A stretch of 63,472 nucleotides of DNA, counting the filler, from Clostridia bacterium (lineage in GTDB: Bacteria; CBDUZB01; JAGLHV01): assembly GCA_030637025.1 (NCBI GenBank). It is 6 parts of 6 records of this genome, joined end to end, with 100 filler letters (N's around TTAATTAATTAA, not from the genome) between each part and the next. Parts side by side here need not be neighbours in the genome. Positions count along the whole stretch, not along the records: positions 59,057 to 63,472 come from DAOVVV010000068.1; 5 more parts are not named here. One strand, 5' to 3'. Positions 60,113 through 63,472 of the stretch are shown one piece after another. The notes beneath the pieces are model-generated. The model worked only from the letters and a program-made list of their open reading frames with translations, did no database searches and was not told the origin of the DNA. How positions within the stretch are numbered: position 1 is the stretch's first letter; each line of letters begins with the position of its first letter. Position numbers and translations under genes: made by a program.

Positions 60113-62696
60113 TCCCAGATAAAATTTGACTTACATTTACTTTGTTAGATTTAATTACCTTCCCGTTTATCTTCAACTCTGATTTGTCTTCAACCAGATA
60201 AGGGATACCAACCTTATCGGTTTTTAATTTTGATACATTCATAAAGCCGGGGCCAAACTCACTTTTCTTCTGATAAACAGCTAACCCTATTTCACAATCA
60301 GATACTCTTATCTCTTTAATAATTGTTGTAGAAATGTCTTTACTAGCTACTGCGATTTTAGCATTTTTTATATCGATTTTCTCAGCACTTACCATACTAT
60401 TTTCTCCAACACTTAAAGCCTTGTCACCCGCTCCTCTGACAAAAACATTTTGCATTTCTATTATACTTCCGGAAAAATCAATTGCATCATTACCACAACT
60501 TACAAAAGAACAATTTTCGATCTCTCCTTTACTAAAATCAACATCTAGTGCGTCAAATGATACATTACTAAAAAGTGTTTTGTCAATTGTAAATACTGAA
60601 TGAATAAGATTTAAAGCATCCTCTGAATTATTATTAAAAAACCGGCAGTGCTGTATATCAACGGAGGAATTATAAAAGGTAACCGCTCCACTTAATTCCC
60701 ATCCGCTCTGAGAGGGATTGGATAAATTATCAAAAACAACATATTTTAATATTGACCCTTGATTCGAATTTATTACTATTATACCCTGCCCCTTTGAATC
60801 AGACGAACAAATTATAATGGGCTTTTCTTCCGACCCTGTCAATTTAACAGGTGAATAGGACAATATCTTAGCCGAATTTGATAAATTCAACTGAAGACCT
60901 TCTTTCCCAATTACTATATAACCTTTAGGAATAATTAAATTTCGATTAATTTTCCAAATACCCGGTTTTATAAATATTCTTTTATTTTTTTCATTAACTG
61001 CCAAAAACTTAAACTTATGGATGTTGGATTTTTGTCTTATAAAATCGTTTTTTAAAAAGTTGTTATTAAAGTGCAACCAGGGAAAAACTTCCTGTTGTCT
61101 AATCCTTTCTGTACCTAATATTCTGTAATTAACTACCAGGTTTCCTGTTTTCTCTTTTGACCAGATAAAATTTTCAGGAAACTTAAAACTAACATTTTTA
61201 TAATCCACTAATTTTCCCCATAATTTTGGAGCAAGAATGATCCTTCCTACCGGTCTCAATACAATAGAATCATTATATGAAACATTCAATACTTCCATTG
61301 GCATTGATCGAATGTTTCCTAATTCAAGTTCTATATGGTCTTTAAAAGATTGGTTAAAATAAGCCCATATACCCTTTGTCGGATTTAAACTTGCTCTGAT
61401 ATTTTTTTGTTTTTTATAAAAAACATTTTTCATGAAATTAAAATATGGGAACTCGCTATAAATAATGTTCAAATTTTTTTTCAACTCTTCATCTATATCC
61501 AACAACAATTTATCCAAATAGGCAGCCTCCGAAACCCTTTTGAGTGTCTTTATGTATTCTTCGAAAAAAACAAAATCATTAAAAATCTTAGCATAAAAAC
61601 TACGCAGCGGTTTTTCTATCAAATCCATATTCCTCCCCTTCTCATAGGAACTTAAATCCCAGCCGCCATCGCCAGCCATAGCATCAAAACCTACGGGCTC
61701 CAAAAGAGAAGTAATCGGATTATAATAAAATCTAAGATTATGCCAGGCTGTCCCATGTATTCCTCCTGTTAGTTTCGAAATAGCTAAATATTTTGCTAAT
61801 TTTTTAATATCAAAAACTTTATGTGTAGGCAATATCCCCATTCTAAATGATTCCAATAAATTTTTTGCAATACAAAATTGTTTATATAAAAAAGGGGTTT
61901 TTAAAATACGATTTGTTTTAAAAGCGTCAATATTGGTAAAAAATTGTGATTCCACTTCAAAAACCCACTTTTCCCTATACAGGCTAAAATCTCTCCATGC
62001 AATATCTTCATCAAACTTAAGAATTATTCCTTCCCTCCTTTGATTATGTTCTATCAATTGTTTCTCAAAATGCTCTTCAAGAGCATAAATCCCCAGATTC
62101 TTCCCATTGAGAATAATTTTTACAAATTCATATCTAAGCGACAATACCTTTTCTCTTTTAAGTGCCTGATGAAAAAACCACTCATAAACATAGTTTCGTA
62201 TTCGAGGATGATGGAGCGAAAATTGTTTCATTCCTAAAAAAGTATTATTCCCTTTTGTTCTAACCCTGAACGACCATTTTTCTCCCTGTAGATTATCCCT
62301 AGCCCAATCACCTTTTAACCGAATCTTCACTTTAATAGATTTATCTTTATATCGAATTGTCGCTGGAACATAATCCTGTGAACTTGCAAATAAAATTCCT
62401 CTGTACATGGCCTCTTTCCTTTTATAGGCTAACTTCTGAAAATTTTTGTATTTAATGTCTATATTTATTTGTTGAGGATTGGCTTTATAGATTGCTATGA
62501 AATATTTTATTCTGCCCCTGAAAAAATATTTCACCCGAGAAACAGAATAATTAAAATATCCTGCTCTGTAAAAAAAGATACTTATAATTACCATCAAGAG
62601 GATAGAACTAATTAGGTACAATTTACCGGAACTGCGCTGGAACCTAGGGACTAAATTAGTAGCTATTTTTTTTCTATTAAAACGCTTAATTTCCAT
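60084..62696 (-). CDS. CotH-family kinase with C-terminal parallel beta-helix
   Basis: RLKGD, KWSFRV, NG..LGIY..EEHF, WHNLRFYYNP, SEDALN, DALDVDFS, GDKALSVGE. Confidence 0.82.
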   Translation of the reverse strand: MEIKRFNRKKIATNLVPRFQRSSGKLYLISSILLMVIISIFFYRAGYFNYSVSRVKYFFRGRIKYFIAIYKANPQQINIDIKYKNFQKLAYKRKEAMYRGILFASSQDYVPATIRYKDKSIKVKIRLKGDWARDNLQGEKWSFRVRTKGNNTFLGMKQFSLHHPRIRNYVYEWFFHQALKREKVLSLRYEFVKIILNGKNLGIYALEEHFEKQLIEHNQRREGIILKFDEDIAWRDFSLYREKWVFEVESQFFTNIDAFKTNRILKTPFLYKQFCIAKNLLESFRMGILPTHKVFDIKKLAKYLAISKLTGGIHGTAWHNLRFYYNPITSLLEPVGFDAMAGDGGWDLSSYEKGRNMDLIEKPLRSFYAKIFNDFVFFEEYIKTLKRVSEAAYLDKLLLDIDEELKKNLNIIYSEFPYFNFMKNVFYKKQKNIRASLNPTKGIWAYFNQSFKDHIELELGNIRSMPMEVLNVSYNDSIVLRPVGRIILAPKLWGKLVDYKNVSFKFPENFIWSKEKTGNLVVNYRILGTERIRQQEVFPWLHFNNNFLKNDFIRQKSNIHKFKFLAVNEKNKRIFIKPGIWKINRNLIIPKGYIVIGKEGLQLNLSNSAKILSYSPVKLTGSEEKPIIICSSDSKGQGIIVINSNQGSILKYVVFDNLSNPSQSGWELSGAVTFYNSSVDIQHCRFFNNNSEDALNLIHSVFTIDKTLFSNVSFDALDVDFSKGEIENCSFVSCGNDAIDFSGSIIEMQNVFVRGAGDKALSVGENSMVSAEKIDIKNAKIAVASKDISTTIIKEIRVSDCEIGLAVYQKKSEFGPGFMNVSKLKTDKVGIPYLVEDKSELKINGKVIKSNKVNVSQILSGIGNVKKSSK

Positions 62697-63305
62697 TTAC
62701 AAAACACCTTTATTATCCAAAAAAAGAATTTTCACAAAATCATCTATCATCCGTAATTAGGATTTGGTTTTGTTTAACTGATCAAAACTACTAAATTCTA
62801 CCAAAAACTATGCCTTGATTAAATCTTTGCTTTCATCAAATAGTTTCATATTAACTGCTTGGGCATATTGTTTTAGTATCTCAACGACTTGTTATAATCT
62901 AATTTCTTCAGGAATATGACTGATAATGGTCAAATATAAATTTTGATTATCTTCATATTTAGAAAAGTAACTTTTTAATACAACAATTCCTACGATAATG
63001 ATAAACGCTGTTATTGTAATTAAAGACTCTACTGCACCAAACCCCAAACCAATAGCAAGTAATAAATAAGACAACGCTTCCAGCTCTTTAATTACTGCAC
63101 AAAATCTAATAATGAACAGCACCCTTACCAAGCCTAAAGATAAAGTAGAGGATAAAAAATATTTTCGTTTATACAGGTTTAAAAAAATTATTATTAAGAA
63201 TTCAAATTTAATTATCTGTTATATTTGATGTTTGGTTAATTAGGAAATAACAAACTTGTGCTCACAACGATAACCACCTTCATTTTTTAAGTATTCTGTA
63301 AACAT
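62697..63305 (-). pseudogene. Degenerate VTC-domain N-terminus fused to DUF4956 remnant
   Basis: Single 203-codon frame with five internal stops; YRCEHKFVIS (VTC-like), LSLGLV..L.IIRF..VIKE (DUF4956-like). Confidence 0.72.
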
Positions 63306-63472
63306 TAATTACGCCTCTTTAAAACAATACGCAATAATGCCGATAGCCCAAAAATAAATAGTATTCCCCAAAAGTATTCGACTCCTGATGTGTTCAGTTT
63401 GTTTTTTATTTTAGTCAGAATTTTTATCCCTTGCTTCTGCCTAAAATATTTCTCCCAATAATCAAGACCATA
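63305..63472 (-). repeat. Second copy of the phosphoesterase 3' end; 63332-63472 identical to 59057-59197
   Basis: Exact 141-bp match, 4275 bp apart; supplies C-terminus ...GLSALLRIVLKRRN*. Confidence 0.9.

Noticed and set aside
62697-63305. Stop-codon recoding (TAA read as Glu)
   Set aside because: TAA terminates most intact genes in the window, and the region also has missense decay and a deletion

Overview
Low-GC bacterial genomic DNA, apparently from a diderm organism (TolC, PorV-like barrel, MltG/MltD); the lineage cannot be assigned from this window alone. The window is six contigs joined by 100-bp N-TTAATTAATTAA-N linkers in decreasing length order, so adjacency across gaps is meaningless. 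Two contigs carry exact 141-bp terminal direct repeats that look like assembly k-mer overlaps. Housekeeping content includes ahcY-metK, argB/argD, comEC, gltX with tRNA-Gln(CTG), mnmG, thpR-ruvX-mltG, an amidase with murI, queD-C-E, a moxR/DUF58 operon, glgP, a P-type ATPase and two RND permeases, one fused to TolC. The intergenic DNA is the richer part: (1) two c-di-GMP-I riboswitches with the same terminator logic and a TGTGA-N6-TCACA box upstream; (2) a probable antitermination leader directly behind a DUF2294/MpsC gene; (3) an unassigned promoter-driven structured RNA behind a duplicated-domain Lys-rich candidate chromatin protein; (4) a solo integron cassette with a degenerate attC; (5) an orphan hipB with four phased operators and a truncated hipA beside gltX; (6) several repeat families, including a 158-bp rod-like palindromic element that forms 187-bp tandem arrays, nested MITE/REP elements and IS200/IS605-like PATEs. 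All protein calls are by motif recognition, not database search.
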